64,000 nt of DNA from Vicugna vicugna (taxonomy: Eukaryota), in contig MU058844.1 of the NCBI GenBank assembly GCA_013265495.1, positions 6,323,260 to 6,387,259 of the forward strand, read 5' to 3'. The first letter of the stretch is position 1; every line of letters begins with the position of its first letter. A program made the translations under genes and the position numbers. The notes beneath the pieces were generated by a model. That model saw nothing but the letters and a program-made list of their open reading frames with translations. It searched no databases and was not told the origin of the DNA. Shown here piece by piece: positions 24,763 to 38,400 of the stretch.

Positions 24763-27169
24763 ATACACAAGCACTCACATGCCATAGTGGGATCTATTTT
24801 TAACTAGCTGTTATTATATATAGTAAAGATATTAGGGTCTTTATTTGAGAGAACTCTTCTATAAGGTACTGGCTTAATTAATAATGAATCTTTAGTTTTT
24901 CAGGGCTACATGAGTTTTTGTTTTATAAGGCTGAAGTTTATCTATCTCTGCCAATGGAAGGTCCATATAAAATTCTTTATGAGTGGCTTTATTTTTTTCA
25001 TTCATTCAATTTAATGCAACTGATATCACATAAGACTAACTTTTAAGCTTGTATTGAGATCATGGTTACACTATAAACCCCTGAGGGCAGGATCTCTGTC
25101 TGAGAGTGTATTCCTGTATCCTCCATGACACTGAGCACACAGCTTGACACAAGCTATATGTTCAGATTTGACAAATAGCTACATTTCCCGTACATGACAC
25201 AATTTAAATTAATTCAACAAAATTTTATCTAGCACTTCCTGTGTGCTGTTGTTGTTCATGGTGTGATGTACCGCTGCCCATGAGTAAATCCTATCACCTT
25301 ATTTAATGAGCATGATGTACTGATTATCTCATTAGGAATTTAGGAGGTGATTTTTGGTGGCACATAAATTGGCAACTCACACCAGTAATACTACAAGTCA
25401 AAGACATTCTGTTTCCTCCTCTCTTTTCTTTTTTTCTTCCTACACTCCCACTTTCATGACGTGTTTCTCCAGGATACCCTTGGCCTCCAAAGCTGTGTAA
25501 TGAGGTGTCTGAGCCAGCGATAATCCCCTGAGGTTCTCAGCGTTCCACAGTCCCCTCTCTCCCTTCCCTCTCGACAATGAAAACTTGAGACCAGTATTTC
25601 GGAAAAGCATTTCTGGAAGGCTGCCAGCCCCTGTCCTGGACATTAGTGAGGCTAGATTTTCATTCCATTCATGTGACCTTATTTCTTCTTAAGAAAAAAA
25701 TGTCATAGGTTTTTCAAAGTCGGGAGCATTGGTAGCATAGACAATAGAAGAAAAAATTAAAGTCATTTCACAGAAGCCAAAGGAGAAAGCGAGAGACACT
25801 GCAACGCATATAACAATGTTCCTCTCTTCTTTTGAGGGCCATATGATATGTGCGCTTATGATTCATTGCACACTGACACTTTTTGATTACTCCACAGTGA
25901 AAGGGCCTTTGCCAGAAATGAACCCTTGATACCATGCTTTCATGTTTGCCGTGTCAGCCTCCTCTCATACTGACTGTACACAGGTTCTTTCATATTCCAT
26001 TCCTCACGGCATTGAAAGACAGAAATATCAGCACACAATGGCTTGATTCACAGTGATACAGCCTTGAAAACACCCCAGACACAGTGGGCTTCGTGTGGCT
26101 GTGCCACACCCAGGAACGCAGGATCTCGGGTAGAGTCCGGGATTCAGTCACCGCCTCACCACCTGATGCGCCGGCGTTAGGTTGCTGAATGAGAGGCTAC
26201 GTAACACGCCTCGAAGGAGGTTTCTGTACTCAGTGCCAGTCAATCAGTCTTCCATGGGCCCCAAGAGCATCTTAAATGCTTATAGTCAAAGTTCAAAAAG
26301 TGATTAAGGCTTGGGGGCAGTAGGTTTCTCTGAAACTTGTACCCAAACAGCCATGGAAATCAACATGGCCGGCACTTCAAAACACATGTTGAAAGTGAAA
26401 GGTTAGTTGAAGGTCATGAGCGGGTGACAATTCACCTTATGTCCTCTCAACATGGTTCACAGTCAAAAGTACCTTGTTTTCCAGGTTACCTAATCTTCTC
26501 CCTCTATCAGTGGAATCAAAAGGAATAATCCAGAGGAGATCTCTTCCTCCTTGAGGCAGGAAGCTTCCACACTCTGCCACTCATGTATTCTTTGCAATTG
26601 ATTAAGATTGCCTTAGATGTGGGGGAGCTGTTTCTGATCCTCTTATCACAGTGTAAAGTAAAACATGCTTGACTGGTTAATAAAAATGGAAGATGGAGTT
26701 ACAAAGAGGAAAAGTTCACTTGAAAGTCCAAACAGAGACTGAAGTTCTTCGGTCACACCCAGGAAAGACAAGCATGTTTTAGAAACGGAATTAACGGCTC
26801 CCTGGCAAACTTTTTCTAATTTACCATTAATTATGAATATAGCTAAGAAAAAGGGGCATTCTATATTAGCAGTCTGAATTCAAATATATAAAACAAAACC
26901 AAAAAAATAAATGTTTTCCAGGTTTAAATTCCACAGTCCAGGGCTGCAATTGCCAAAGGCATCTGTAAAAGTAATTTTTTCATGTGTACAGGGAACACTA
27001 AATGAGTTCACTGTACTTCATAAGTTATTAATATGTATGATTTTTAACTTCCTCTTTCATAAATCACTATTCATTCTCTCTAGATTTTCCATTTATAATA
27101 TAACCCCGTTTGGACATCGCACAAGTAGTCACTTCTCTAAAGTTTTGTTATAACAATTAGAGAGAATCT

Positions 27170-27480
27170 TAGAACAGGGGACCTTCAGTGGATCTTAGAA
27201 GGCAGCTAGATTGGCCTCTCCTTTTACAGATGGGGAACCCAAGACACAGAAATGAAAGTCAGAGCCATGTTGGAACCGGCTCCCAAACAACGCTCTTTGC
27301 TTGGGAGACCACGTGTACCACAATGGTCACAAGCACTGGTTGTGCAGTCTGGCTGCCAGAGTTTGAATCCTGGCTTTACCACTGACCAGCTGTTTTACTC
27401 TGAATAAGTGGTTTAATCTGTGAACCTCAGTTTCCTCATCTACAAGTTGGGGATAATAACAGTAGCTGCCTCACGGAGTG
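27170..27480. mobile_element. Two adjacent MIR fragments in opposite orientation (minus ~27170-27300, plus ~27330-27480)
   Basis: cttttacagatggggaacccaagacacaga (minus); gagtttgaatcctggctttaccact...cctcagtttcctcatctacaagttggggataata (plus). Confidence 0.8.
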
Positions 27481-28669
27481 ATTTCGGAAGTTGTCAATAA
27501 AGAGATTATCGGGATAATTTTGCTATATTAATCTTTGTAATGTTTCAACTGTTTTTTAATAATCTCACCCTCATTTGGGCTGTAAGAGCTGAAGCCAAAA
27601 TTTTCTCCAGGGGAAGTTTGCTTGAAAGAAAATGGTTTTTTTTTTTGATATCAAACAATCACCATGGCAAATTCTTAGTTTCTGTATCCCAAAGCCTCTT
27701 AGCAGAGTATTTGATGTCACTAAATGTCTATTTTTATTAACGTCAGTCTCTATTGCCCAGTCATTCAATAAAACGTAAGAATCACGAGATCTTTAACGAG
27801 CTAGTACATATATGAAAAAAATAGAAAAAATTAAAACCAACTATAGAATGTAAAGAGCACTAAGCATTTAATATTCATTATGGCTCTCAGTAACTTACTT
27901 TTTGAAGCTACAACTATTTTGATTTTCTACAGGAAGAACGTCTTTTATTCACACTCGCTTTTATGTAAGGAGACTCAGCAACTTATACCTAGGACTTGTC
28001 ATGCCACCGGAGTGCATTGTATTAACGCACACTCCTCTCTGTGGTTGAAAACTTTGTTAAGAGGCCCCTTTCGCTTCTCAAGCCTCACATCAATGGAGAC
28101 GTTTTAGGACATTGCTAAGCACTTAGAAAGAGTTTGCAATGTGGTTCATTTTAGTGCTGGGAAATTCTTCTTGGTGTTACCCTGACCTCAAGTGGTCTAT
28201 TTCCTAATGCTTTTAGCAGTAAAAAAAATCATATTACATTCAAACCTATTTTATTATTTCTACAGTTTATAAATAGATAGGAAATACCAATCAACTTTAA
28301 AAAGCCAGAGTTTTCCTTAAAGTCTGAAACAGAATTATTAGGGAGATCGATTTGTTCTTTGGGGTTCATCCGTCTCCATTTTTGTCCTCCTTTTCATTAC
28401 CGTCTCTCTACATAGCTGAAAACTGTACGTGGATTCTTACTGTGTCCTGGACCTTACATTTGGTGTTTCTACCTCCTTTGATGGTTTTGCACAATGTATA
28501 CTTTTATTTTCCCACAACAAAACCTATGTGTCTATTCCCTCAAGACCCTGGGTGGGTTAGATATATTTTCTCAACCTCTTTCCTCCACAGTAAAAGGTAA
28601 TAAGAACGCCTACACCAGTCTTCTGAGATCTATCCAAACTGTGGGATTACAATAGCATATGCATAAGAT

Positions 28670-28900
28670 CACAGGCTCACAGGTCAGTCAGAGATCATTT
28701 CAAAGCCCTTTTTAGCTACACACTATGCCTCTTGAGTAAGTTGCTTAAGTTGTCATCATCGGTAAAATGGATATAAACAGTGAGACTGACTTCAAGGGGT
28801 TGCTGACATAATTAAATGAAACAATACAGGTAGAAAACTTAGCAATGTGAGCAGCACACAAAGTGCCCCAAAACACTAGCCATTGTCACTGTCATCATGA
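28670..28900 (+). mobile_element. MIR SINE
   Basis: ttgagtaagttgcttaa...catcggtaaaatggatataa...attaaatgaaacaatacaggtagaaaacttagca. Confidence 0.7.
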
Positions 28901-29599
28901 AAAGCAACTGGCACAGTACTTGGCCTGTGTGGAATACGTGGAAATTACTAAAAATTAGTGCTATGGCATTTGACAATTATAGGAACAAATGCACACTCAC
29001 TTCTAGGTTAATAGGGGACTTACCATCTTTCAGATGCAACACGATCTATATTAACTCTCTGGTGGCACTCCACCTCATTCAGATGATGGAGGTAAGCATG
29101 GTTTGGAAGGCAGATCTGTGGTTCAGGACGCTCAAACTGCAGCTCACAGGGGGCCAGCCTGTCCTCTGATCACACACCAGGCCTGCCCTGACTGGCTGTT
29201 GCCTATGGGGACTTCAGCCGTATCACATGTGCTTTTCATTAGTGAGAACTGTATTTTACCTTTGAAGTTCTTGTTTTTAAATCCAATAATACTAAATATT
29301 CAGCAATCCAAATTACATATAACTGCTCTAGGATTTTACATAGCTCCTTACCGGCTTACCAATTTCTCTGTCAAGTACAAACTTTATTTTATATACACTA
29401 AACCCCAAAGACATTTATTTTGGAAACTTTTTGGCGCTCTAGTTCAAAACAGATGAACACGACCCACTGAAGCTAGGTCTATTCGATGAATTATGTAATC
29501 ACATCTCTGAGTCAGGCATTCCAAAGGAACTGCTTTTAACAATAAAAATCTGGTCAATATACTCATTTTTCCTGAGGAGAGCATCAAAATCTACATTTG

Positions 29600-29860
29600 T
29601 ATTTCCCAAAGTAGGTGCTAACTGACAAAATTTCTGTGATTATTTGACTAGATCAAATCCCCTGCACTATACATCCCCTCCTAGAGCCTGACTCCGCACA
29701 TTAACATGTTAAAAGTTCTGAAAATCCTAGAGGACAGAAATCTGTTCAAACATGTTTTGCCTAGCTGGTAAACAGACTTATCATGTATTTTCGTTTGAAG
29801 AACACACCTATTACCAATCCGAGGAATCAGTGTTCCTTAAAATATATTTTGGAGAAAAAT
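29600..29860. mobile_element. hAT-Charlie DNA transposon remnant (Charlie4z-like)
   Basis: ttaacatgttaaaagttctgaaaatcct and cacacctattacc...cagtgttcc; TIR-like ends atttcccaaagt / tattttggagaaa. Confidence 0.5.
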
Positions 29861-30239
29861 ATTAATTTTGATGACTAATACAGAAAAACAAACTTCCCCT
29901 TAGATTGAGTACGTGAGCAGCATTTGACATCTCAGCTGTCGCTTCCAGTCCCTGGAAAGGAAAAGCAGCCCAGTCTCTTGCTACAAGCTAGATCAGTTAC
30001 ATACTCACCAGCCTGCTATTGAACTCCACATGCCTCTGTCTTTGTGGTTAGAGGTGCTGGAGGAATTAACTGAAGATAATTGATAGAGTTTCACAAAATT
30101 CTAAACCAAGAACTTCAAAGTTAAATACAAAAAAGCAATTTCTACTAAACACCTCAAAAACAAGTATAAATTATATCTTAATAGTTCAACCACTAACAAC
30201 CTACCATGGCAAAGTGTTAGAATTAAAGGTGTTGAATCT

Positions 30240-31050
30240 ATTCGTTCGGACACATTTAATAAGCATTTGTTGAGCACCGAGCACTGGATGTCTAGATGCT
30301 GGAGGTACACTGTTGGGGAGGTACAATCTCTGTCCTTAAGGATGGTGGCAGAGATGGATGTATTATATGAATAACAGAAGTGAATACTGTGATGGGGTAG
30401 CATAGGAGGCCATGGGGACAAATCAGAGGGGTGTCAGCCCAGTCCTAGTGGGGTGGGGTTTCAGAGAAGACTTCCCTAGGACATAGGGTTGCCACATAAA
30501 ATAGAGGATGTCCAGTTACATTTGAATTTCTGATAAATAAGGAATAATTCCTTAATATAAGTAAGTACCCATGCAATATTTGTAACTGGGTGTTCCGCAT
30601 TTTTATTAGTTAAATCTGGCAACTCTAACTAGGACATGATGTTTAAGTTGCAGTCTGAAGTAAAAGAGTCAGATGGAGAAACAGAAAAGACCCATGGAGG
30701 CAAACGGACCCACATGGACAGAGCTGCAGATTTACATCTGGGCACAGCGCCTGCAGAGACGTACGAGCAAGTCGGTATGGCAGAATTAGGGATTTGGATG
30801 GAGGGGGCAGTTGTAAACATATTTTAGAGTGTCTGCTTTCTTTAGAGGTGATGGGAAGCCAAGAGATGGCTTTATGTTTAGTGTTATCCGATTGGTGCTT
30901 TAGAAATAGCAGTCTGGAATTGGGCCAGACTAGATGCACGAAATCCATTAAGAGAGTGCTGTTAGTAAACTTACTGAACGATGATGGTGCTTGAATTAAT
31001 GTGGTGACCATGAGGATGAAGAGATATTCATGACTTCAAATATATTTTGA
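30240..31050 (-). mobile_element. L2 interrupted by MER53
   Basis: catttaataagcatttgttgagcacc...tctagatgctggaggtacac; ttcagagaagacttccctagga; gaggtgatgggaagcca. Confidence 0.75.
30484..30628. mobile_element. MER53-like non-autonomous hAT element with TIRs and 8-bp TSD
   Basis: TIRs tagggttgcca / tggcaactcta; flanking direct repeat CTAGGACA at 30476-30483 and 30629-30636. Confidence 0.88.
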
Positions 31051-31119
31051 AATTACTGTTATGGTTGGGGGTTCACATCCTGAAGTCAAATTGCTCTGCT
31101 GCTTGTGAGAGGTGTGTGG

Positions 31120-31280
31120 TTAAATACCGTGGGGGTTAAGAATAAAGGCATTTCAGTCTATGTATATAGAGCCCTCTCTGAGCTCAGGTTCTCACTATTA
31201 CAATGGGTCTAATAATAACATAGGATTATTATAGTATTACATTAAATAATACATTTCAAGTGTTTAGCACAGATCTTGGT
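31120..31280 (+). mobile_element. MIR SINE
   Basis: ctctctgagctcaggttctcactattacaatggg...attaaataatacatttcaagtgtttagcacag. Confidence 0.65.
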
Positions 31281-31359
31281 GGCTGATTGACTATGAGAGA
31301 AAACACGGAGGGGTAAAGAATGACAGGTTTCTTTTGGGGAAATTAGAATGAGAGAGGAG

Positions 31360-32822
31360 GAAAATCAGAAGAAACCCAGAAACAGACCCCCCACAGGTAT
31401 TGATCTTTGACAAAGGAATAAAGGTGATTCAAGGGGGAAAGGAGAGTCTTTTCAACAAATGGTGCTGGCACCAGTGGACAGCGACATGCAAAAAAGTGAA
31501 TCTTCACCCAGACCATATGCTCTTTATAGAAATTAACTCAAAATGTACCAAAGACCTAAAGGTGAAAGACGAAACCATAAAGCTCCTAGGGGATAGTAGA
31601 GGAGGACTCTAGGTGACCTTGGGTTTGGAGATGACATTTTAGATCCAACATCACAAAGTATGATTTATGAAAGAGAAAGTTGCTAAGTTGAACTTCATTA
31701 AAATAAAAATTTCTGCTGTGTGAAAGACGCTGTCAAGAGAATGAAAAGACCAGCCATGGAATGAAGGAAAAAATCTTCACAAAACACATTTCTGATAAAG
31801 AACGTGCATATGAAAAAGCCAAAAAGCCCTTAAAACACAATAATAAAAAAACAAACCCAATTTTTAAAATGGGCAAAGGGATCTGAACAGACACCTTATC
31901 AAAGAAGACATACAGACAGCAAGTAAAGATATGAGAGGATGTTCAGTATCATATGTCACCAGTGAATTGCAAATTAAAACAGCAGTGGGAAACCACTATG
32001 TACCTATTAGAATGGCCAAACTCCAGAAGTCTGACAATACCAGATGCTGTGAGAATGTGGAACTTCCACTCATTGCTGGTGGGAATGCAAAGTAGTACAG
32101 TTATTTTGGAAGACAGTTTGACAGCTTCTTACAAAACTAAACATACTCTTAACATAAAATCCAGCAATCGTGCTCCTTGATATTTACCCAAACAAGTTGG
32201 ATACTTCTGTCCACACAAAAATCTCCACATGAATGTTTATAACAACTTTACTCACAATTGCCAAAACTTAGAAGCAATCACGATGCCCTTTAATAGGTGA
32301 ATGGATAAACAAACTGGGGTACACTTATCCACACAATGGAGTACCATTTGGTGACCAAAAGAAATGAGCCATCAAATCACAAAAGGACAGGAAGGAAACT
32401 CAGATGCCCTTCGCTAAGCTAAAGAGGCCAATCTGAAAAGGTGACATTCTGTATGATTTCCCATATGATATTCTGGAAAAGGCAAAACTATGGAGACAGT
32501 AAAAAGATCATTGACTGCCAGGGTTTAAGGTGGAGGGAGGGATGAATAGGCAGAGCAGAAAAGATTTTAGGGCAGCAAAACTATTCTGTATACTACCGTC
32601 ATGATGGATACATTCGTAAAAACCCATAGCATGTACACCACAAAGCGTGAACTCTGTGTAAACCATGGACTTCAGTTAATAACAGGATATCTAAATTGAC
32701 TCACCAACTGTAACACAGCCACCGCACTAATGCAAGATATTAACAACAGGAGGGGTGTACAGCAATTCTCTGTACTTTCTTTCCAATTATTCAGTGAACC
32801 TAAAACTGCTCTCTAAAAAAGT
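31360..32822 (+). mobile_element. L1MC1-like LINE fragment (degenerate ORF2 C-terminus and 3' UTR)
   Basis: ORF 31400-31612 IFDKGIKVIQGGKESLFNKWCW is an L1 ORF2 remnant. 3' UTR motifs gtccacacaaaa, gattttagggcagcaaaactattctgtat, aaacccatag and cctaaaactgctct. Confidence 0.9.
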
Positions 32823-32835
32823 TCATATAGATGTC

Positions 32836-32870
32836 TGTGTGTGTGTGTGTGTGTATATATATATCTATAT
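32836..32870. repeat. Compound (TG)n(TA)n microsatellite at the L1 tail
   Basis: Direct reading. Confidence 0.9.
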
Positions 32871-33131
32871 CTGCGGAAGAGAGATCTGGGGTGTGGTCAA
32901 GGGTATAGTTATTGCAGTCAAAACACCTGCAAAGAATACTGGTGGTGAGGAAAGAAGAGGACGGAGCAGAGCATCCAGAGTCACCTGTATGGAGATACAG
33001 AGGAAGGGTGGACTGGGGAGAAGAGAGGGACGGAAGGAACCAGACGATGAGGTGACATAGAGACCAGCATGGAGACTCCCTTCAGCAGGAAGGAGCAGCC
33101 GGAGTCAGAAGAGCCAAACAATTCTGTGGAT

Positions 33132-33548
33132 TTGGATTGGTTTCCTCAGGCTGCTGTAACGAAGTACCACCAAATGGGTGGCTTAAAACAACTGGAATCT
33201 GTGGAGTCCGAAATCCAAATGTTGTTCGGTACCACAGCCCTGGAGGTCCTGAGGGACACTCTGCCCCACACACAGGCTTAGCTTTTGGTGGCTGTCAGCA
33301 AGCCTTCGGGGTCATTGGCTTGTAGACATACCACTCCCATCTCCACCTTCATCATCGCCTGGTATTATCTTCCAGTCTGTTTGTCTGTCTGTATCCAAAC
33401 TGACAGGGAGGGAATATCATATCCCTCTTATAAGGAAAGCAGTCATTGGATTAGGAGCCATTCTAACCCAGTATGACCTTACCTTAAGGTCACATTCACT
33501 GGCTCTGAGGCTTTAAGACATTTAGGGGGACACAGTTCCACCCAGAAA
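33132..33548 (-). mobile_element. MaLR LTR (MLT1B/C-like)
   Basis: tttcctcaggctgctgtaacgaagtaccaccaaatgggtggcttaaaacaac...ctcttataaggaaagcagtcattggattagg...gggggacacagttc. Confidence 0.85.
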
Positions 33549-33611
33549 GGAACTGATGAATGAAGTGACCACTGGATTTAGGTTGGTGATCTTGAAAAAG
33601 TACTTTCCACA

Positions 33612-33675
33612 CTATTCTGTACACCTGAAACTATCACAATATTGTAAATCAACTATACTTCAACTTTAAAAAAAG
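33612..33675 (+). mobile_element. Very short L1 3' tail
   Basis: ctgtacacctgaaactatcacaatattgtaaatcaactatacttcaa plus an A run. Confidence 0.75.
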
Positions 33676-35289
33676 AATTAAGGTTGTCCAAAAATATTGA
33701 GCTGAAAAGATGACATTGTAAATAAATATTAACAATTTGAAACATACTGTATCAATATAACAGAATACTTAGCAGCCCTTAAAAATCCTGTTGTCAAAAA
33801 GAGACAGTTAGGAGGAGCTAAGTGAAGAAAGTAGTTTACAAAATAAGAAACAGGGCACGATCCCATTTTTTAAAACTAGATGTATAGAATGTATATGCAT
33901 TAAAAAAGAACTGGATGATTAAATTTTAAAAAGTACTTTCAGTGGATGGGTAGAAATCAAAACCCAACTGTGGAGGTTTGAATAGTGAGTGACAAGTGGA
34001 AAAGGAGACATATCGAGTGCAGACACATCTTCACACAAGTTCTGAGGCAAATCTGGAAGGAGTGAAGGGACATGAAAAAGTTTTACCCACTTTTTTTTAA
34101 ACAAATGAGATTAGGTAAATGTTGGAAAGGAGTTCAGACAGGAGATACCAGAAAAACTCTGATAATTTGGAAAAGGATGCAATATAGAACAAGGATTAGA
34201 ATTAGAAAGAGACTATCTCTTCCTCTAAAATAAAGCAGAAGGAAAACACAGATATATTTATAGATGCAGTGGCAGGAAATTGACAGAGTACCCATAGGAT
34301 GGATTTTTTTTTCCTCGTGAGGAAGATGTAGCGAGGTGAGGGAGAATTAAGGTAAAATATTTGAAGGGTGAACAAGCTTCAAAATGTTTATGATTGAAAA
34401 CGAGAAGGAATGACTACGGTTCGGCATGTGGAGGGTCCCTTTGGGACCGGCCCACATTTTTAGCGGAGTTAATAAAGTTAATACACATTCTTTTAGTGAA
34501 CTAATCTGCACATATTTCTGCTTTTTTTTTTTCAGTGATGGTCATTAGCCCAGGTGGAGGCAGGTGTGATAAAAGGAAACCAGCAGGCCTCTGAAGGGAT
34601 TGGCCAAAGAGTAGTGCAAAGATGGGCTGTGATGTTTAAGCTGGAGAAGAAAAAAAGTAGATGTGGAAGGGAGTGTCAGAGAAAGCAGGACAGGGTCAGA
34701 TAATAGCCACGTTGAAGAAACTAAGTTAAAATTGTTGAATGGTAGCGGGTACTGCCAGAGAATGGCAAGTTGGAATTTCAGATTGCCGAGGTGGCACCAT
34801 TCTGGATAATCTGAAGCTCTGGAGTGACGCCAGACACGCCTCAAGTAAGGGAGAGGTGAGAATTACTAGAGTTGATGCTGCAAGACTGAACACATTATAA
34901 TCAGCTTATTAAAGGTTTTATTTTTCCTACATCAACAAGAATGTAAAATATAGTTGAATGATATTCAGAATATATTTGTTTTTAAAATATGCAGCATCCT
35001 GACTCTAAACAAAGTTGTAAACTGCTGAGTTTTCTGTGTAGCATCCTCTCCTCTTTGTTGGTGTTTCTTACTACTGTTACCTTGCCCTATGCTCCTTCAT
35101 AACAGACCCACACATTCCCTCCCCTTTAAGGACCTCTTTGCTTTCCCCAACGTTGCCCCCATGCTAAACTTCTCTGCTTCTTTCATTGGAATCTTGTCAG
35201 TTTCAGTACCTTAGATTTTCAAGTCAGCTCCTTAAAAATTGTTGAATAGATAAGTAAGTGATTCATGCCACTGAACTGAGAGGGAGCAA

Positions 35290-35480
35290 AGCAGAGGGAG
35301 CGTAGACTAGACCCAACACCTGGGGCAAATCCTAGACCTACCACTGAACTAGTTGTGTGACATTAGGGGATGTTCATCTCTCTGGGCTTCAGTTTTCTGA
35401 TCTGAAAGGGGAAATATGAGGACTCGCTCATCTGTCACATAATAAGCACTGTGTGAGTGTTTGGTAAATCAAATGAGTGT
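35290..35480 (+). mobile_element. MIR SINE
   Basis: caaatcctagacctaccactgaactagttgtgtgacattaggg...ctctctgggcttcagttttctgatctgaaa. Confidence 0.75.
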
Positions 35481-38400
35481 TAATGAATTTATGTTCTTCC
35501 CTCACAGACATCTGTTGGGATCCCTGGATACATCAGTTTAACTATGAGAGAGAACTGGAGAGGACGTTTCACACCAGTTGCAGAGTTGATGATCCCCCCT
35601 TCCCTCGATCACATTGGTGGAGGTGCCTCTTACACCTGTGCAGTGCCATCTACTGGTACAAAATAATAATAATGAGTGGATTTAATATTTCCCTCAAGAA
35701 TAAATTTTTTCAAGCTTCAGAACTTTAAGAAATGCATAGAGATCTCTGATCTTTGCTAGCCTGATACCCTCTCTCTTCCTTGTTTTTTGTTTGTTTTTCA
35801 AAAGGTGTATTTTGCCCAATGAAAAACTAAGACAAAATAAATACAATAAATGCATAGTATTTTTAGAAGAAGGAATGGCTTTCTACAAATGCCTTGAACG
35901 GACTAGATTATTTGTGGGGTAAAACAGTAACTTTTTATCTGTATCTAAGTGTCCATTTGCTGAATGAGTTACAAACTCATTCAGAAAGACAATGAAACAG
36001 CAAGACCAAAGTGTTGTAAGCCCATGGTAGATGAGTAGCTTCCACTTGGCTTATCATCTGGGTTTACTCAAAATTATGTCATAATAGAATCCGCTGACCA
36101 TGCCCTCTCGGGAAAGGAAGGAAGTTGCCTTCTTACCATTGCTGTATTATCCCAGGGACTGGTAGCTGCTCTTTTCCCTGATTGTCACTTAAGACGTTAG
36201 ACTTTTGCCTAGGTATGGGCTCCAGGAAAGGGGGGGAACAGATAAAAGAAGAAAAAGGGATAGATAAAGAGTAGGGAAAAGAAACTATAGAAGAAAGATC
36301 ATGAATTAAGAGATAAGTAGATTAAACAAGCTCATCCCAGTGAGAGGAGGAGAGAGATACACAGTGCAATCCATCTTTTTCTCAGGTATTATAAATTGTG
36401 CTCAATCTGAGTTTTTCACCATTTTATAATAGGTTCTAATGCTGATCTCTAGTTTTGTTGCATCAAACTGCCATCAAACTGATTTTTGATCAATTTGACT
36501 TACTAATGACTGAAAATTGACTTATGATAGCTGAGGATAAATCCATATATATTTTTAAGTGTCTATGAAATTCTCTTTGCATGGGAAGGCTTAAATTAGA
36601 GATGACTTCTTATCCCACATTTTAGATTCTTTTCAGGTGATCAGATTCAACTGTCTCTGCAACATAGCCATGAGCACATCCAAAAAAGAGAAGAAGAAGG
36701 AAAAAAAAAAAGCTTCTGTTAGAGGGCTGGGAGGCAATCTTCCCCCAAAGGGGTTTGTTTGTAAATTGCTTTGGTCCACTTTACAAGGTCAAATCCATTC
36801 TCCTAATGATGAATCTCATCTGTTCTGGCAGAGAAAGAAATGTTTTCTTTCACTTCTACGTGTGGCAAGAGCTCATTCATCTCAGTAAGTTCTGAAGAGA
36901 AATCTAGCTACATCAGAGAGAGGAGTACTCAAAGGGCAACTGATGGCCAGGAAGATATATGGAATTCACTTTCCTGAGACAGACATTCAAATGGTAACAA
37001 GTGATAGAAAACAGCTCTATATTTCAGCGTGATGTGTGTTCGCCCCTGATGATTAAACCCCCTGTGAGCCATCTGCGTTTAATGGGTTAGAACTACTTTG
37101 TAGCTGCAATTTTTTCCTTCCACTGCTCTTATTTATTTGAGAGGAGACCGAACTCCACTCTTTAAAAGTTAAGCATGTAAGAAACCCTGCCAAGAGAATC
37201 AGAAAGAAAAGGCAAATTTATAGCCCAGTGTTGTTTTAAGCATTTAGTAGTATAAATAAGAAGTGTAGATAAATGTGTACAAGTAGACGCATAAGTGACC
37301 CTCTGTTTATCTCAGTTACATTATTTGCCTAAATGCCAGAGCAGAATTAACCCAATTAGTTTATATGAACGGCTAATGCTGTCCCTCCGCTGAGCTATTA
37401 GGGACATGCATAACTGGTGCTGGACCAGGAATGGTGTTTTTTTTACTTCTAAGTCAAGCCTTGGGGACTGTGGTTTGCATCCAGTGATCCTTGCAGATAA
37501 AAATCAGAATCCAGTGTGGAGATTATGGTGGCTGGAAGCAAGGTACACTCTTGGTGTTATTAATGCAATCAAATTGAACTTCTGGTTTAAAATGCCAGCG
37601 GCGATAATGGCTTTCTATGTGTGATTCTGTCTTACCCGAGACATGTCACATTTTACTAACATCTCATTATTTTTCTCTGACTTAGAAAAGTCGGCAGCCA
37701 GAAGCACTCAATAAATATTTGCTGAATTGAACTGAACTCTGAGAACTGAGAGGTGAGGTGGCACTGACCATCAGTGACACATCTGGGATCAGAATCTTGA
37801 TTCTGTTCTGCCGAGCAGTAATCTCAGCCAAAGCCAATGGAAATATTACATGAAGAAGTTTCAATCTAAGAAAATTTTCGCAAGGCTACAGATGTTCATC
37901 TGAGTCATGTAACTGCAGGAGCCTAGGAACTTCCCTCTTGCCCTGTATTTTCACCCTTAATATATTGACTAACTTCAGGGTTCTCCCTCTTCATAATATC
38001 TAGTTACATAGCTCTCTTCCTAGGTCATTAAAATTTTTTTCTAAGGTATTTCCCTGAATAATTTCTCCTGTCTTTTTTTTTTTTTTCCTTTCCTTTGAAC
38101 CAGAAAACATATCTATAAGGAGAGGCTTCTAAGGGCTTTAAAAACATCCATCAATTTCACAGCTGGGAATGGTGGGACTCTAGATAAGAAAGGACAGTTC
38201 TTCCATTAAACCTCTATTTATTAAATGTAGGCAAGAGTTTTGTATTACATGAGACAAACTTTGGCCACACTGAGGCAGACAAAGAGTTAAATTAAAGACA
38301 CAAAAGCGACACCCAGCTGCTGCTGTTTTTTCTTTTCCCTCTCATGGAGTAGGGAGTATTTTTCCTGTAATGACCTTAGAATCTTCTGTCTTTTTCTTGG

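Noticed and set aside
31400..32180. ORFs with L1 ORF2 similarity
   Set aside because: Frameshifted, stop-riddled remnants of an inactive L1MC element.
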